A DNA stretch of 64,000 nt, taken from Octopus vulgaris. Its lineage: Eukaryota. This document shows, piece by piece, positions 39,865 through 54,692 of the stretch. The position numbers and the translations under genes were made by a program. The stretch covers positions 61,194,001 to 61,258,000 of the forward strand of contig OX597818.1 in the NCBI GenBank assembly GCA_951406725.2, read 5' to 3'. The notes beneath the pieces were generated by a model. It saw only the letters and a list, made by a program, of their open reading frames with translations. It had not been told where the DNA came from and did not search any database. The stretch's first letter is position 1, and the number at the start of each line of letters is the position of its first letter.

Positions 39865-39946
<82 letters not shown>

Positions 39947-39953
39947 TATATAG

Positions 39954-40001
<48 letters not shown>

Positions 40002-40008
40002 TATATAG

Positions 40009-40048
<40 letters not shown>

Positions 40049-40117
40049 TATATAGATATAATATATATATATATATATATGATTATATAGATATATATAT
40101 ATATATATATATATATA

Positions 40118-40154
<37 letters not shown>

Positions 40155-40167
40155 TATATAGATATAG

Positions 40168-40205
<38 letters not shown>

Positions 40206-40212
40206 GTATGTA
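39830..40212. repeat. (TA)n array punctuated by a recurring TGATTATATAGATAT motif
   Basis: Motif recurs about 6 times between variable TA runs. Confidence 0.9.
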
Positions 40213-40880
40213 TAGCTAAATATCCCTCAAGTTACACTACCTTCTTGGAAAGGTTAAGACTCATTAGATGTTCAGAACTAGATTGGGAAATGTGGTCATA
40301 GACATGCAGTACCCTATGGTCATAGCCAGAACAAGTTTTATTACAAGTCTGCACAGTCAAACCTGATTGAAAACTAAACAACAACAACAACAACATAAGT
40401 CCTAGCAAATGGAGTGGGGGTGGGGTGGCGAAATCAGCTGACAAAACAAAAATACCTTCTACTTAGAACGTAATTACTTTCAAACTTTTAAAACTACCTG
40501 AAATGTTAATTACTCCAACTTTTATAGAATATTGTAGATATTAAGTACGTTTCATTTCCATTATATTTGCTGTTGCGTCATTAATTGATTTAGGAGTTCA
40601 CAAAGTTAAGATCAACATGACAAAATTTAGATATCATTGAGTAAAGGACAGCATAAGAAATATCATGCTGAAAGATAAAAATAACAACAAATCCCATTAA
40701 TGATCAGGTCATCACTGATCTTTCTCTTCCCCATAACTATTTTATTGCTACCATTATGTCTTCAAAAGAAATCTTTACTCAACTCTCAGTTACATAGCTG
40801 TTCTATGTAATGTACTTATGATGCACAAATCATTCTAAAGTGTATGCAACGGCTCCAACTTTGTATATACTTTAAAATAT

Positions 40881-40923
<43 letters not shown>

Positions 40924-41104
40924 AAGAGGGAGGAGAAAACAGAGAAAGATGAAGTGGAGGTACACGGAAGAGGAGAAGTGAGAGAAATAAATTCAAAAAA
41001 TTTTAAATGTGATAAAATATAATGATATCACAGGAAAAATGTTAAAAGATATATCTCGTATATGTTGAAGAACTTATTCACTTTTGATTATTGACAACAA
41101 AGTG

Positions 41105-41398
41105 GATGTATATATGCATGCGTGTGTGTGTGTATGTGTTACATATATATATAAACGCATCTATCAAAATCAGACACGTGTAAACACCACCTATGTGTGC
41201 ATATGTGTATATATATACACACACACATGTATATACATATACACATATACATATATATATGCACATATATACACACATACATATATATATATACACATAT
41301 ATACACACATACATATATAAATACACATATATACACACATACATATATATATATATATACACATATAAACACACATACATATATATATACACATATAA

Positions 41399-41446
<48 letters not shown>

Positions 41447-41652
41447 TTAAACACATACATATATATATATATAAATATATATATATACATACATATATAC
41501 ACACATATATACATACATATATACGCACACATATATACACACATATATATACATACATATATACACACACATATATATATATATACATACATATAGATAC
41601 ATATATATATATATACATACATGTATATACATATACACATACATATATATAC

Positions 41653-41684
<32 letters not shown>

Positions 41685-41768
41685 ATATATACATATATAC
41701 ATATATATACACATATAGACATATACACATATATATATATACATATAGACATATACATATAGATATAC

Positions 41769-41801
<33 letters not shown>

Positions 41802-41845
41802 AATGTGAGAGTAAGTAACTATCTATCTATATATATATATATTTG
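41105..41845. repeat. Long compound (TA)/(CA) low-complexity tract
   Basis: Read directly. Confidence 0.95.
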
Positions 41846-42780
41846 TACGCATACACTTGGACATAAATACAAATTTAAGTATACAAATGTATATATACAC
41901 TGCTATACATAGATACAAAGATATATTTTATAGACATATATATTTATGTATATATATATACACGTAAACACATGTACGTGCATGCATATGTTCGTTGATG
42001 TACATCTTTATTCATGAACATTTTATGAGTGTATACATACATATATACACTCATATACACACACACGCGTCTGGTGTGCACACAAACATACTGTTACACT
42101 ATAAAATATAGGAAATATCTTTTTTCTAAAGATATTAACACTTATATATTAGATTACAGTCATAGATATAGCTCAAGCAATAATTTTCAAAAATCAAAAA
42201 ATAATTTCGAATATCAAAAACAATATTGATTCTTGCAGTAAATCACAAATATAAAATGAAGTTATCTTTCATTTAGAAAGAAAGCAAAACTGTGCAAGTT
42301 TAAAAATGAATATCTCAAAGGCAGTTTATAAACTAACAAAAGAGTTTTATATTTTATATGATATTAGAGTGAGTAAAGGGTCTTAAAACCCATGGAATCT
42401 GGATCAATGCTCAACTTCCGTACAGCGAATGGCTTGTTAAAATGCTGGAGAAGAGCACATCGTAAATAGAAACTATGATGAAACGCAGTTCTTTCAGTGG
42501 TTTTCTGTTGAAAAAAAAAATAAATAATAGTCCAAAATATATCTGACTGCAAAATGATTGCATTAAAATACTCTTTTCGATATTTTATTTATATTCTAAC
42601 TGCAAAAAAAAAAAAATGTAAATTTGCTTACAAAGTCCAAAATAGCAACAAAATAAATTGTGAGGAATGAAGAGATATCATTGGCAAATGTAGCAGAAGA
42701 GGAACTAGAGCCAGTGTCTGATGATTACTGTTCTAATAAGAAATAATGCCTTATACACACACACACACATACATATATAT

Positions 42781-43229
42781 ACTCTTACTCTTTTACTTGT
42801 TTCAGTCATTTGACTGCGGCCATGCTGGAGCACCGCCTTTAGTCGAGCAAATCAAACCCCAGGACTTATTCTTTGTAAGCCCAGTACTTATTCTATCGGT
42901 CTCTTTTTTTGCCGAACCGCTAAGTGACAGGGACGTAAACACACCAGCATCGGTTGTCAAGCAATGCTAGGGGGACAAACACACACACATACACATATAT
43001 ACATATATATACATATATACAACAGGCTTCTTTCAGTTTCCATCTACCAAATCCACTCACAAGGCATTGGTCGGCCCGGGGCTATAGCAGAAGACACTTG
43101 CCCAAGATGCCACGAAGTGGGACTGAACCCGGAACCATGTGGTTGGTTAGCAAGCTACTTACCACACAGCCACTCCTGCGCCTATACGACAGGCTTCTTT
43201 CAGTTTCCGTCTACCAAATCCACTCACAA
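42781..43229 (-). mobile_element. Family A SINE plus a short duplicated internal fragment (43184-43229)
   Basis: Reverse complement of the full consensus. Confidence 0.88.
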
Positions 43230-43677
43230 GTTGTCAATCTTGGGGGAGATCTACAGTTGGTTTAATTGGTCTCGAGTAATTGACAGATATTTATTTTATC
43301 AAATAAAATGCAAACTGACCCTACTTAGATTGAACACAGAACCCGAAGAATAGGAGGAAATACCCTAAGGCCTCTCTACCACCGGTTACATCAATAATAA
43401 TGGCTTCGGATTTTAGCATAAGGTTAGCAATTTTTGAGGAGAGGGAGATAATCGATAACATCAGCTCCATTACTTGACCAGTATCATATTTTATTGACCC
43501 TTAAAGGATGAAATGCAAAGTTGACCTCAATAGGATTTGAATATATATAAAGAACCATAAGAAAACCCCCAGTTCATCTTGTCAGACACTGTAATAATAA
43601 TAACCATAATAATAATAATGATAATGTCTGTAAAACATAAGAACAAGACACTCATGACTTAAACAACCAAAATTACA

Positions 43678-44027
43678 AGTGGCTGTGTGGTAAGTAGCTT
43701 GTTTACCAACCACATGGTTCCAGGTTCAGTCCCACTGCATGGCACCTTGAACAAGTGTCTTCTACTATAGCCTTGGGCTGACTAAAGCCTTGTGAGTGGA
43801 TTTGGTAGACGGAAACTGAAAGAAGCCCGTTGTATATATGTATGTGTGTGTATATGTTTGTGTGGCTGTGTTTGTTCTCCCAACATCGCTTGACAACTGA
43901 TACTGTAACTTAGTGACTGATATAATAAGTACTAGGCTTACAAAGAATAAATTCTAGGGTCAATTTGTTTGACTAATGGCGGTGCTCCAGCATGGCCACA
44001 GTCACATGACTGAAACAAGTAAAAGAG
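43678..44027 (+). mobile_element. Family A SINE
   Basis: Consensus match with internal deletion. Confidence 0.85.
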
Positions 44028-44089
44028 ATATATAAAGAACGAAGAAGAAAATCCCAAGTTCATTTTGTCTGACACTGTGATAATAATAA

Positions 44090-44455
44090 CCGTACCGGCA
44101 GATGACAACGTGTCTCTAAAAGAAATGGAGAAACTCTCAAAATACAAAGACCTGGAAATAGAGGTAACTAGAATGTGGAATCTGAAAACAGAAACAATTC
44201 CTATCATAGTAGGTGCATTAGGCATGATAAAAAAATATTCAGACAAATACATAACAAAAACACCAGGACTTACAAACACATATAACATACAGAAAATTGA
44301 ACTACTGGGCAGTGCACACATCCTACGCAGAACTCTTTCCATACAATAACCATCAGAGCATCACAACAAATCACAGCACATACCCAAGGCACACAGAGCT
44401 GCGCTCGGTAGTGAAGTGAAAGCACGCTATAAAAATAAAAATAAAACTACTGAAT
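44090..44455 (+). mobile_element. 5'-truncated R4/Dong-like non-LTR retrotransposon inserted in (TAA)n
   Basis: VPADDNVSLKEMEKLSKYKDLEIEVTRMW...IPIIVGALG...IQKIELLGSAHILRRTL is a restriction-like endonuclease C-terminus; TAA repeats on both sides. Confidence 0.85.
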
Positions 44456-44869
44456 AATAATAATAATAATGTCTGTAAAACATAGGAACAAGAGACTCAT
44501 AACTAAAAAAACAAAAAAATTTGTAATTTTGGTAAACATAGTTTACAATAGAAACAGAACTGTGTGCTCCTTACAAAACCAGACCAATTTTGCCAAGACA
44601 CAAGAACTGAAAGAAATGCAGACCAAAGGAAACCAATACTAACATAAATTGCGAAGGTATCAATTTAGGAAATGAAACGGCTTTCTTGATATCAAAAATG
44701 AACTGTTCTGTGTTTAGTGAGCAAACATTTGTGATACAGACAACCATTTTAAAAGAATAATGTTGAAGTTACAACAGTAAAATAACCGACAGTATATACT
44801 GAGTATGTAGATAGGCAATATACACAACTGGCAGAGGAATTAATGACCCTAGCTTGCAGGAGGCATCAT

Positions 44870-45560
44870 ATAAATCATGGCAGATCATGGATTGATGATA
44901 AAAAGTCCTATGACATGATTTCCCATATCTGGATAATACAATATTTAGAGACTTTAGGGATAGAAGAGAATCTAAGAAACTTGACTGTAAAGAGTGTTAG
45001 CAAACAGAATAGAAATTAAGTTATTCTGGTGAAAAGGTATGAAATATTAAAACTCAACAAAGGACCCTTTTATGGTGATAACTCATCTCCTTTGCTTCTT
45101 GTGATGTGCATGATACTTTAACACTGGTACCGAGAATGGTAAAGAAGGGGTTTATTATTAAATGAAAGCAACATTAAGTAAATCCCATTCTCTTTATGGA
45201 TGACCTGAAATTGTTTGTAAAGAATGGACATCAAACAGACAGTTTAGTACAAGACACTTGATGGATTCAGTGGAGATAGGCGGATAGAATTTGGGATTTG
45301 AAAGCATCGAGTTTATATAATAAAAAAAGAGCTGATAGTGGGTAGCAATGTAATACAATTAGCAGATAAAGAAGCCATAGAAAAGGTAGCTAGAGAAAGC
45401 TGTAGATGCTTAGGTATAACAAATAGGATAAAGGTAACGGACATGAAGGGAAGTTTTGGAAAGGAATACTTCAGCAAAATGGTAAAAATAAAAGCCTAGT
45501 CATTAACACACCAGCCATACCACTTTTCAAGTATAATACAGGAAGTCAAAAAAGTGAAAC
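44870..45560 (+). mobile_element. Highly degenerate R4/Dong-like reverse transcriptase relic
   Basis: WIDDKKSYDMISHIWI, GPFYGDNSSPLLLVMCM, VNPILFMDDLKLF in broken frames. Confidence 0.75.
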
Positions 45561-46006
45561 ACACAGGTTAGTTTATACATAAACACTCAAAAGGAATAAT
45601 CTACCAAAAATGATGCCAGTGCAATGTGAATATCTAATTAAAAAGGGAAAGATACAACTAATTAGTTGTGATAAACATTCTGAGTGAAGGGAAATAACAT
45701 AGTAAGAGACATTCATATAAGCTAGTGTAAAATTCAGAAGGCTAAATTAAGACTGAACACGAGATGAGAGAAACTAAAAATATAGAAACGAAAAAATGGT
45801 TGGCAGGAGAAAATAGCAAGTATTTTTATATTGAGTGGGGACATGCTCATGATACTAACTTTGGGTTTTCTTGTAACTTGTTAAATGATTGTTAGTTACA
45901 ATGCTTAACTTTTGTTCTTAAACATGTCATTCCCAAAGGTTATTTAGCAACTCTCATTAAAGAAAATTACTATGTACAGGACATATTTTCTGGCATTATA
46001 TATATA

Positions 46007-46597
46007 CAGTAATCCCTCATCATATAACCTACTGTGCACTCAGTACATAACGGATTTTTCTGGCTAGTATATGCAAATTTATGTCACAGACTCCTCAGTA
46101 TATCACAGGTCTCCGTGGCCAATAGGTATTTATATTTTTTAGATTTTAATTATTTCTGTGGGACGTTTTGGACCATAACACCTGTACTAGTTGAGGGATT
46201 TAATTGTGGCACTGTCAGTTACAACGACGGAGGTTCAAGTTGATTTGTTCAATGGAACAGCCTGCTCATGAAATTAACATGCAAGTGGCTGAGCATTCCA
46301 CAGACACGTGTACCCTTAACGTAGTTCTTGGGGAGATTCAGCATGACACAGAGTGTGACAAGGCTGGCCCTTCAAAATACAAGTACAACAGAAACAGGAA
46401 GAAAGAGTGATAGAAAGTTGTGGTGAAAGAGTACCGCAGGGTTTGCCACCCACCTGCCAGAGCCTCATGGAGATTTAGGTGTTTTCACTCAATAAAAACT
46501 CAACGCCCGGGCTGGGAATCGAAACCGTGATTCTATGACTGCGAGTCCACTGCCTTAACCACTGGGCCATTGTGCCTCTACAGCCGAGGGATTACTG
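46007..46597. mobile_element. Tc1/pogo-type MITE interrupted by a family E SINE
   Basis: TA|cagtaatccctc ... gagggattactg|TA. Confidence 0.75.
46204..46580 (-). mobile_element. Family E SINE (tail type 2)
   Basis: Same head and body as the 12511 copy; tail shared with the 55660 element. Confidence 0.8.
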
Positions 46598-47340
46598 TAT
46601 ACTTGTTTCTTCATCAATTACTACCATTTCACTATGGTCTTAGGAAGCAGACCCAGCTGATGGGGTTAAGGCACAAGTGCATGAGAGGGAATGGTTGAGC
46701 AGCATGAATCATAATTTAGGTTTTAAAAATATCCAAATGTATAAAGTGTAACCGCAACTTTGAAAAATTTGCAAGAAATTTTAAAAAGCAAAATAATGAA
46801 GTGACACTAATTTGGTGATCCATGAGTTTAGAACATTGCTTTCACAACTGTCATTTTGAATTTAGTAACATTTTGTTCTGCAACCAGAGATGAATTTTAA
46901 GAGCTGTGCATTTGGCCAACTTATTTGTTGAAGCCAAATGCATGTGTGTGTGCATGTGTGTGTTTGTGCACGTGTGCATGTGTATGGCAACAGAAAAATC
47001 TGTGTCAATGAATACTACTTTTCCATGTAAGCATGAAAAAGTGGACATTAAAATGAATGATGATGTTAACATGTGTATATACAATGTATACAACATACCC
47101 ATATATAGAGAGAGAGTGAAGAGGGAGAAAGGACGAGACAGATATTTAGTTTGTCTGGATAATTACTAAAGCTAAAACTGTCACAAAAAACATTCATACA
47201 TAAAATTTTTATTAAAAAGATGGCTGAATATAACACACACACACTCTCTCTCTCTCTCTCTCACTATGATCATTACAAAAACCAAGAAAATCTCACCACA
47301 AGTACTGATCTTTGGAGCAGAGGAAAAATAAATTAAATAT

Positions 47341-47510
47341 AGACGTAGGAGTGGCTGTATGGTAAGTAGCTTGTTTACCAACCACATGGTTCCGGATTCA
47401 GTCCCTCTGCGTGGCACCTTGGGCAAGTGTCTTCTACTATAGCCTCGGGCTGACCAAAGCCTTGTGAGTGGATTTGGTAGACAGAAACTGAAAGAAGACC
47501 ATCGAATATA

Positions 47511-47561
<51 letters not shown>

Positions 47562-47770
47562 ATATGTATGTGTGTGTCTGTGTTTGTCATCACTTGACAA
47601 CCGATGCTGGTGTGTTTATATCACTGTAACTTAGCAGTTCGGCAAAAGAGACTGATAGAATAAGTACTAGGCTTATAAGGAATAAGTCCTGGAGTCGATT
47701 TGCTCGACTAAAGGTAGTGCTCCAGAATGGCCACAGTCACATGACTGAAGCAAGTAAAAGAGTAAAGAGT
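47341..47770 (+). mobile_element. Family A SINE
   Basis: Consensus match. Confidence 0.88.
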
Positions 47771-48239
47771 ATGGCATAGAAAAATAACTAATGAATCTAT
47801 ACTGTATGGTAAAACAATGGAAATGCAGTCGAATAGGTGAGAAGAATATATGACAAAGCATGGTAATGTTGTAAGGAACCCCTACTGGGATCATATGCAA
47901 AGTGTAATTAGAAAAGGCTGGAGAAATAGCATAAACGGCAGCATGTCCATTTAATTGAGTCTAAGGATGTTAAAAATCTTTCAGAGCTCCATCATAGAGC
48001 AGAAGTTATGTTGTTAACAAGAGCAAATAATCAATATTTTAATATCCGGAGGCACTAGAGCTGGGATCCAGAAACAAGAAAAGGTGAAAAAACATCTCAT
48101 GTAATACAGTGTATATACGTATCACTAAAGAGAGGTCAAGTAATACTAAGTAGTGATACTAACTATCAAAAGGATGATATACAACAGAAAATACTCTCAA
48201 ACAACTAAATGAAATCCACTTAACTATAGTGTAAGAGAG

Positions 48240-48248
48240 ATGATGATG

Positions 48249-48304
<56 letters not shown>

Positions 48305-48518
48305 CTTTTCTACTCATGGCACAAGGCCAAAAATTTTGGGGAAGGGGGCCAGTCAATTAGATTGACCCCAGTACAAAGCTGGTACTTCAATTATCGACCT
48401 TGAAAGGATGAAAGGCGAAGTCAACCTCAGTGGAATTTGAACTCAGAACATAAAGAAAAACAAAATACTGCTAAGCATTTCACCCGGCATGCTAATGTTT
48501 CTGCCAGCTCGTCGCCTT
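48240..48518 (-). mobile_element. Family B variant with alternative 3' end and (TTA)n tail
   Basis: Family B head and core; tail ...aaaatttttggccttgtgcc...agtagaaaagattattatta. Confidence 0.8.
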
Positions 48519-48979
48519 GAAAGTGACTGCTTTTGGGAAGGCCTCCCAATAATGATGGCTGATCATACGAAAAAAACTTTCAAATGATCCAAACTGATTA
48601 AAAACCTACCAAAGCCAGTTTTATTCCTAACAATGTCCATGGTGTATCACATGAAATGAAGGTTGTCATAGCAGAGCCAGTTTGAGATTGTGCAAGTTGG
48701 TATTTCCTCAACCTGACCACTGATGACAAGTGCCAATTTCTTTGCTAACCCTTTAGCCAAAACCGTAAGCACAATGTTCAACAGATTTATGAGACAAAAG
48801 TTGCCTATGACATCGCTGCTATTAGTATCCTTCCTTGCCTCATAGCATCAGGAATTCTCTTATTCTGCTGTCAATTGCAGTTGATGTCTACCAAGAGGTT
48901 GCCAAACAATTCTACCATAAACTTGGAAAAACTCAAAGAAAATAGCAATAATGATAATAAAAATAAGACTACAGAATAA

Positions 48980-49463
48980 CAATTATTTCTACTCTAGGAA
49001 CAAGGTCTTGAAATTTCGTGGGGAAGGGAGCTAGTCAATTACATCTACCCCAGTGCATAACTGGTACTTATTTCATCAACCCCCAAAAGGGTGAAAGGCA
49101 AAGTCGACCTCAGCGGAATTTGAACTCAGAACGTAGTGGCAAACAAAATACTGCTAAGCAATTCGCCTGGCATGTTAACGATTTGGCCAGCTCACCACCT
49201 TAATAATAATAATAATAATAATAATCCTTTCTACAATGGGCACAAGGTCTGAAATTTTTGAGGGAGGTGTGGGTGCTAGTAGATTACATCAACCCAAGTG
49301 CTCAACAGGTATGTTTACGTCCCCGTAACTTAGCGGTTCGGCAAATGAGACCGATAGAATAAGTCCTGAAGGTTGATTACCTCGACTAAAGGCGATGCTC
49401 CAGCATGACCGCAGTCAAATGACTGAAACAAGTAAAAGAGTAAAGAGTAAAAGAGTAAAAGAG
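48980..49463. mobile_element. Cluster: family B variant (minus, 48980-49201), a second tail fragment, and a family A 3' fragment (plus, 49310-49463)
   Basis: Consensus matches. Confidence 0.75.
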
Positions 49464-51340
49464 TATAAGAAAACAGTTTCTGGAGTTGGCAAAAGAAAAC
49501 CAAGGAGAATGTTATAACTTGACAACTTATGTACCATAAGACTACTTGATCAGAGCCAACTCGGGGCTATAATAACAATTAATCCATACTTATGCAACAA
49601 ACTAAATAGACTCAATTGTAATTGGTTCTTACTCCTTTTTTTTCCTTAAGTTTACAAGAACACACCCTTCAGTGTGGTGTGTATGATTACATGCAAAACC
49701 ATTGTGAGTACCATTATACTTGTGAATATGGTGAAATTTGTAGCGGTACTAGTTTGGGCAGGACTGTGTGTGCAACCTTGCGTGTATATCACTGTATGTT
49801 CATGTATATGTGTGTGTTGTGTAGTACACCAATGTCCATTCATATCCTAGTTTAAATATATGCAAACATATTTTTATATGAATATGGCCATATGGACACA
49901 CAAACATACACACAATTTGAAATATCTTCCTAAGTAGCTTTCATCAGTTAAAACTTAGAAATACAATCTCAGTACATATTTCTCCTATGATTTATGTAGC
50001 CATATATTTCTATTTGCGGATGAGATCAAGTTTTGTTTACTTTCCGTGTCAGTGTGATACTGGAAACATAAAAAAAAGCGGAATATCTTCAAAATGAAAT
50101 CAGAAGAAAAATTGCAATATACTCTTAATAGATGGTTTTTGAAAGAGACCTTTCCTTTTACAATCACTAATAATATCGTTTTGCAAAAAAACATATATTT
50201 GAACTCTGAAAAACTTTCTAGAATCTGTTGATTAACCATACACAACTTTTAAAACATAACTCATGAGAGCACTTGCATTTAAAAATCATTCCTAAAGAAC
50301 CGCACAATATCCACAACAACCACATACAAATACATTCCATTTAACTCAGTGTTGCAGTATCACTTTCCTCATGCAAATAGGAACCGAACAACATTCATAT
50401 GAATTATTAGTTTTGCCTTAATTGTACAACTCTCCAAGGAGCCATGCAGCATATAATCATAAGCACACATGGTGCACATACATATATTTACCTTTCTTCT
50501 TTCATATATTTAAGCAGTCGATTTTGTTAGATGTCATAGTTTTTACATATTATTAGTAAAACGACTTGAGTAAAATATTCACCATCATCAGCAACACTTC
50601 CAGTTTTAGCATCCATTTTTGGCAACATGGCACGTTCCCTTGATAGAAGCGATGATCATTGCTACATTTGTATCATACAGAAGGCTTATTATTTAATATC
50701 TACACTATAATTTCACAGTAGAAATGACAGAAGTATCCTGAATTTCACATATTTCTAAAGACAGACACACCTGAAATGCTTCCGAAGGAAAGCTAACATT
50801 ATATTCAACATTCAGCATCAAAACTGGAAAGCCTAGTTTTACAGACCGGCACAGATTAGTTTGCCATTTCAAAAGTAGACTTTTATTGACTGTTTGCTTC
50901 ATCCTAATACTCAGCAATTTAATACAAATCTATGTGCATAATCCCCTTCAGATATACGAAAGAAAAAAAAAAGAAAAGAAAAGAAAAGAAAATAGGATAA
51001 TGGTGGTGGATATGATAGTGAAACTACTTGCGAAAATGTGGTTCTTATCTTAAAGTTGTTCTGCTTTATTTGACCTGGTTTACAAAGTACATAAATGCAT
51101 TTTGCACTTCACTTCTCTAACTTTAAAATTTGAAGTTTGAAATTTCAAGCATATTGCTTCTCCTCAGAAGGTTAAACAATACAGAATGCAACAGTTTGTG
51201 CAAGTGTCTATTTAGTCAGTAGACTACAACCTGTATTTCTTTGGTATTTATCTTAATAGCCAAACGAGAGAGGAACAGTGGACAGAATGAGGTAAATCCT
51301 CATCATCAAATACAAGGTGGGAAAATAAAGATTGTGTAAA

Positions 51341-51600
51341 ATCATCATCGACATCGTTTAATGTCCGTTTTCCATGCTAGCATGGGTTGGACGGTTTGAC
51401 TGGGGTCTGGGAAGCCAGGAGGCTGCACCAGGCTCCAGTCTGATCTGGAAGTGTTTCTACGGCTAGATGCCTTTCCTAATGCCAACCACTCTGTGAGTGT
51501 AGTGGGTGCTTTTTACATGCCACTGGCATAGGTGCCAGGGGAAGCTGTCAACGGCCATGATCGGTTGGTACTTTTTACATGCCACTGGCACGGAAGCCAG
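51341..51600 (-). mobile_element. Family C 3' portion
   Basis: catcatcgacatcgtttaatgtccg... with subrepeats. Confidence 0.8.
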
Positions 51601-52229
51601 TCATATGGACAATATTTTATAGATCTGACACAATAACTTTCAGCATTTAGTCTGTGACTGATTTTCATTTACAAGACTTGTTTTTAGTCTTTTGCTGTTG
51701 CTGCATTCAAAAATCTGTATTAGATGCACTTTTAAAACCATGGTAGCAATACTAATATCACTTTCAAGGATTCTACAAGGATCAGCTCATTCTTCCTCAA
51801 CTTTTTCTGCTACACTCATTCACTCACTCATTCTTTTATTCTAGTACTTTTCTCCTTCAGATATTATTACGGATTCATTTGAATCCATCTTAATTTTAAT
51901 GGAGAAAAATTGAGTTTGAGTTGTTTTAAAAAATCCAAGCCATTTAACATGCTAATTGTTGTGTTGACGTGAAAAACAATGAAACCCAGATGCAATTGGT
52001 GAGCCCCTTTTCAAACTGATCACATAAATCAAGTAAAAAACATCCCAAAGGGTTGGGGAAATTCATGACAAAAAGTATTGGAGCTTGAAAAGCATGACTG
52101 TATCTCATTCAACAGAGTGCTTTGGGATGTTAGCTGGTTTTGTGGATTCAAAGCAAAGGGGAAGCGGTGTGAACATGAACCTGGATTTTGTGGGATTTCT
52201 CTTCTGAGATTGACCAAACGTTTAAAGAA

Positions 52230-52521
52230 AGGAGACTAGATATGATTGCCAGGGAAAGGAGAGAAAAAAATAAAGTGTAAGATCATAAATTTTTGCAATA
52301 CCATATAATAAAGTGGATACCAAAAAATTGAGACATAGGTTCTAGTTAGAGATGAAACAATTGTGGATCATGGAGGAGAAAAATGTTCCAGTGGCAACTG
52401 GTGCACTCAGCTGCTACCTAAAATGCTGAAGGATACGGAAATTGAGACACCTTATGTTAACCTGCAGAAAAATGCCTTCCTGTATTCTGCAAGAATCATA
52501 AGAAAAATTCTTAAGATTTGA
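52230..52521 (+). mobile_element. Degenerate R4/Dong-like C-terminal relic
   Basis: VPVATGAL and LQKNAFLYSARIIRKILKI* resemble the 44090 element. Confidence 0.6.
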
Positions 52522-52838
52522 GGAGGAGAACTGTTCTCACCTTACCCCCAAGATAATTTCCCAGCTAATTTAATAAACATAAACATGTAATAGCTTTTGT
52601 ATGATGATGATGATGGTGGTGATTTCAAGTTTTGACACAGACCAGGAATTTGTGGGGAAGAGGTAAGTCACTTATATTGATCCCAGCACTTGACTAGTCT
52701 TTTTTTTTTAGTTTTCAATCAAACCTGAAAAGGTAAAGCTGACCTCAGCAGAATTTGAACTGAGAATATAAAGAAAGAGCCAGGAGAAATGCCACTGAGT
52801 ATTTTGTCTGTTGCACAAACAATTCTGCTAGAATAATA

Positions 52839-52883
<45 letters not shown>

Positions 52884-52885
<2 letters not shown>

Positions 52886-53013
52886 ACTAAGTACAAAACC
52901 AAATATATGGCACCCTAGGCATAACACTAACATGATCCTCTAACTTGTCTTTTGAGGTCTCTGGGTGAGACTTGGAGCCAACTTGTACAAATGTAAAGCA
53001 AAAGTCTAACATA
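52884..53013 (+). mobile_element. Short insert between two (TAA)n arrays, probably a LINE 3' UTR
   Basis: About 130 bp of complex sequence with long TAA arrays on both sides. Confidence 0.45.
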
Positions 53014-53066
<53 letters not shown>

Positions 53067-54692
53067 GCAGCATCAGTAATAGTAGTAGTAGTAAGTGTCA
53101 ATAGGTAAAGGATTATATTACAAGAAATAACAACAAGCGAAAATGTATTGGTAAAAGATGGTCTTTGTGGAAGCTGAAGGCTTGTGTTTTGCCCAGGATA
53201 ATAAAATCATCAGTAAATTCATTGATTGATGACAACAACAACAACAACAACAAATACGATCAGTAATCAATGAAATCATCAAAATATATTAGAATCAGAA
53301 GTTCAGAAATTGATAAGCAAACAGTATATAACTTGATCACAAACTGATGGGGAAAAGAAAAAGACAGTAAATACTTTATTCAAGTTGAATGATATTTCTA
53401 GTTAAAATAATCAGATCTGGTCTAGAGAATAAATCATTTTATATCAAAACTATATATCTGTTAGCAGTCAGATGCCATCACACAGCAGACACCTAACTGC
53501 AAACAGAAACACCATAATATGATCTTATCAGGAAAATGTCAATGATAGGCAAAAAAAAAAAGAAGAATAAAATGGTTTCATACAGGAAGCTTATGTCTAT
53601 AGTAACTAGCAATAGTATTCAATTACTACAAAAAGAATTTCTGTGATTGGAGATAGTTTCTGTAATTGCTACAGACTAAACATATAAAAGACCTACCTAT
53701 AGCAGATATTAGTTTGGTTATTAGGAGAGACCAAACAATTGTTATTCTTCAGCTTAAAAGAGAAAATCATTTTAGCTTTTTCGAACAACAAAATTTAAAG
53801 TGTGACCTACCAGCAAAGAAGGCTTCATTAATGGTTGGGTGAAAAGTAATTATGAGGACACAATGAACCAATAACATATGTTAATTAACAATTGAAACAT
53901 ATATTTAAAAAAAAAAAGACAAAACAAAATAAAATAAACATACATATTCAGCTTGTTTCATCCCTTTTTTTGCCTCAGGTTATAGCTACATTCTGATTTG
54001 GGTAAGACTAGTTTATGACAAAGTATAAACTATATTCCCTTCTTTGATAAAGAACTTTATCTAAAACATCAAACTTTTCCTCATAACAAATTAACTCATT
54101 TCACTGCGAACAGCTTGTACTTACAATTACGCAATAAAGATCATTACTACTTTCCTCAGATTCCATGTCATATTATTACCTTATTTCTGCCTTCATTACT
54201 TCAGAATATGAAACACAAATATCATATAACTTCAAATATTCAATTACAATGTAATTCAAATTCATAAATTTACTTGTCCTCCATTCACGTATCTAAGCCG
54301 TGGCGCCTTTCAGTTCCTTTTATAGCATTACCATAAACACCCAGCATACCTTGTTTCAATGACCTATCTCCAAAAAGTATTGAAATTTTGATGTGATGAA
54401 GAAAAACATTACGTAACTCAAAAATTATTACCATGATGTATTTTATTATTGATTTCAGCAATATAATAGTATTCAATAAAGCATGGTACATTATGTCCAT
54501 AAAGAAAACTGTGGCATGAAAGAGAAGTTAAAAAATAAGAGGTAGGATACAGAATGAAAAACACAAAAACAAAAACAAAATATAACCTTATCGAGTTTAA
54601 AACTTTGCTGTAATAGTAGCACAATGATTCCAAATGGTATATTACTTGATGCTAATGGATTTCTATGAAGTAATATTTTTCTGTATATACTT

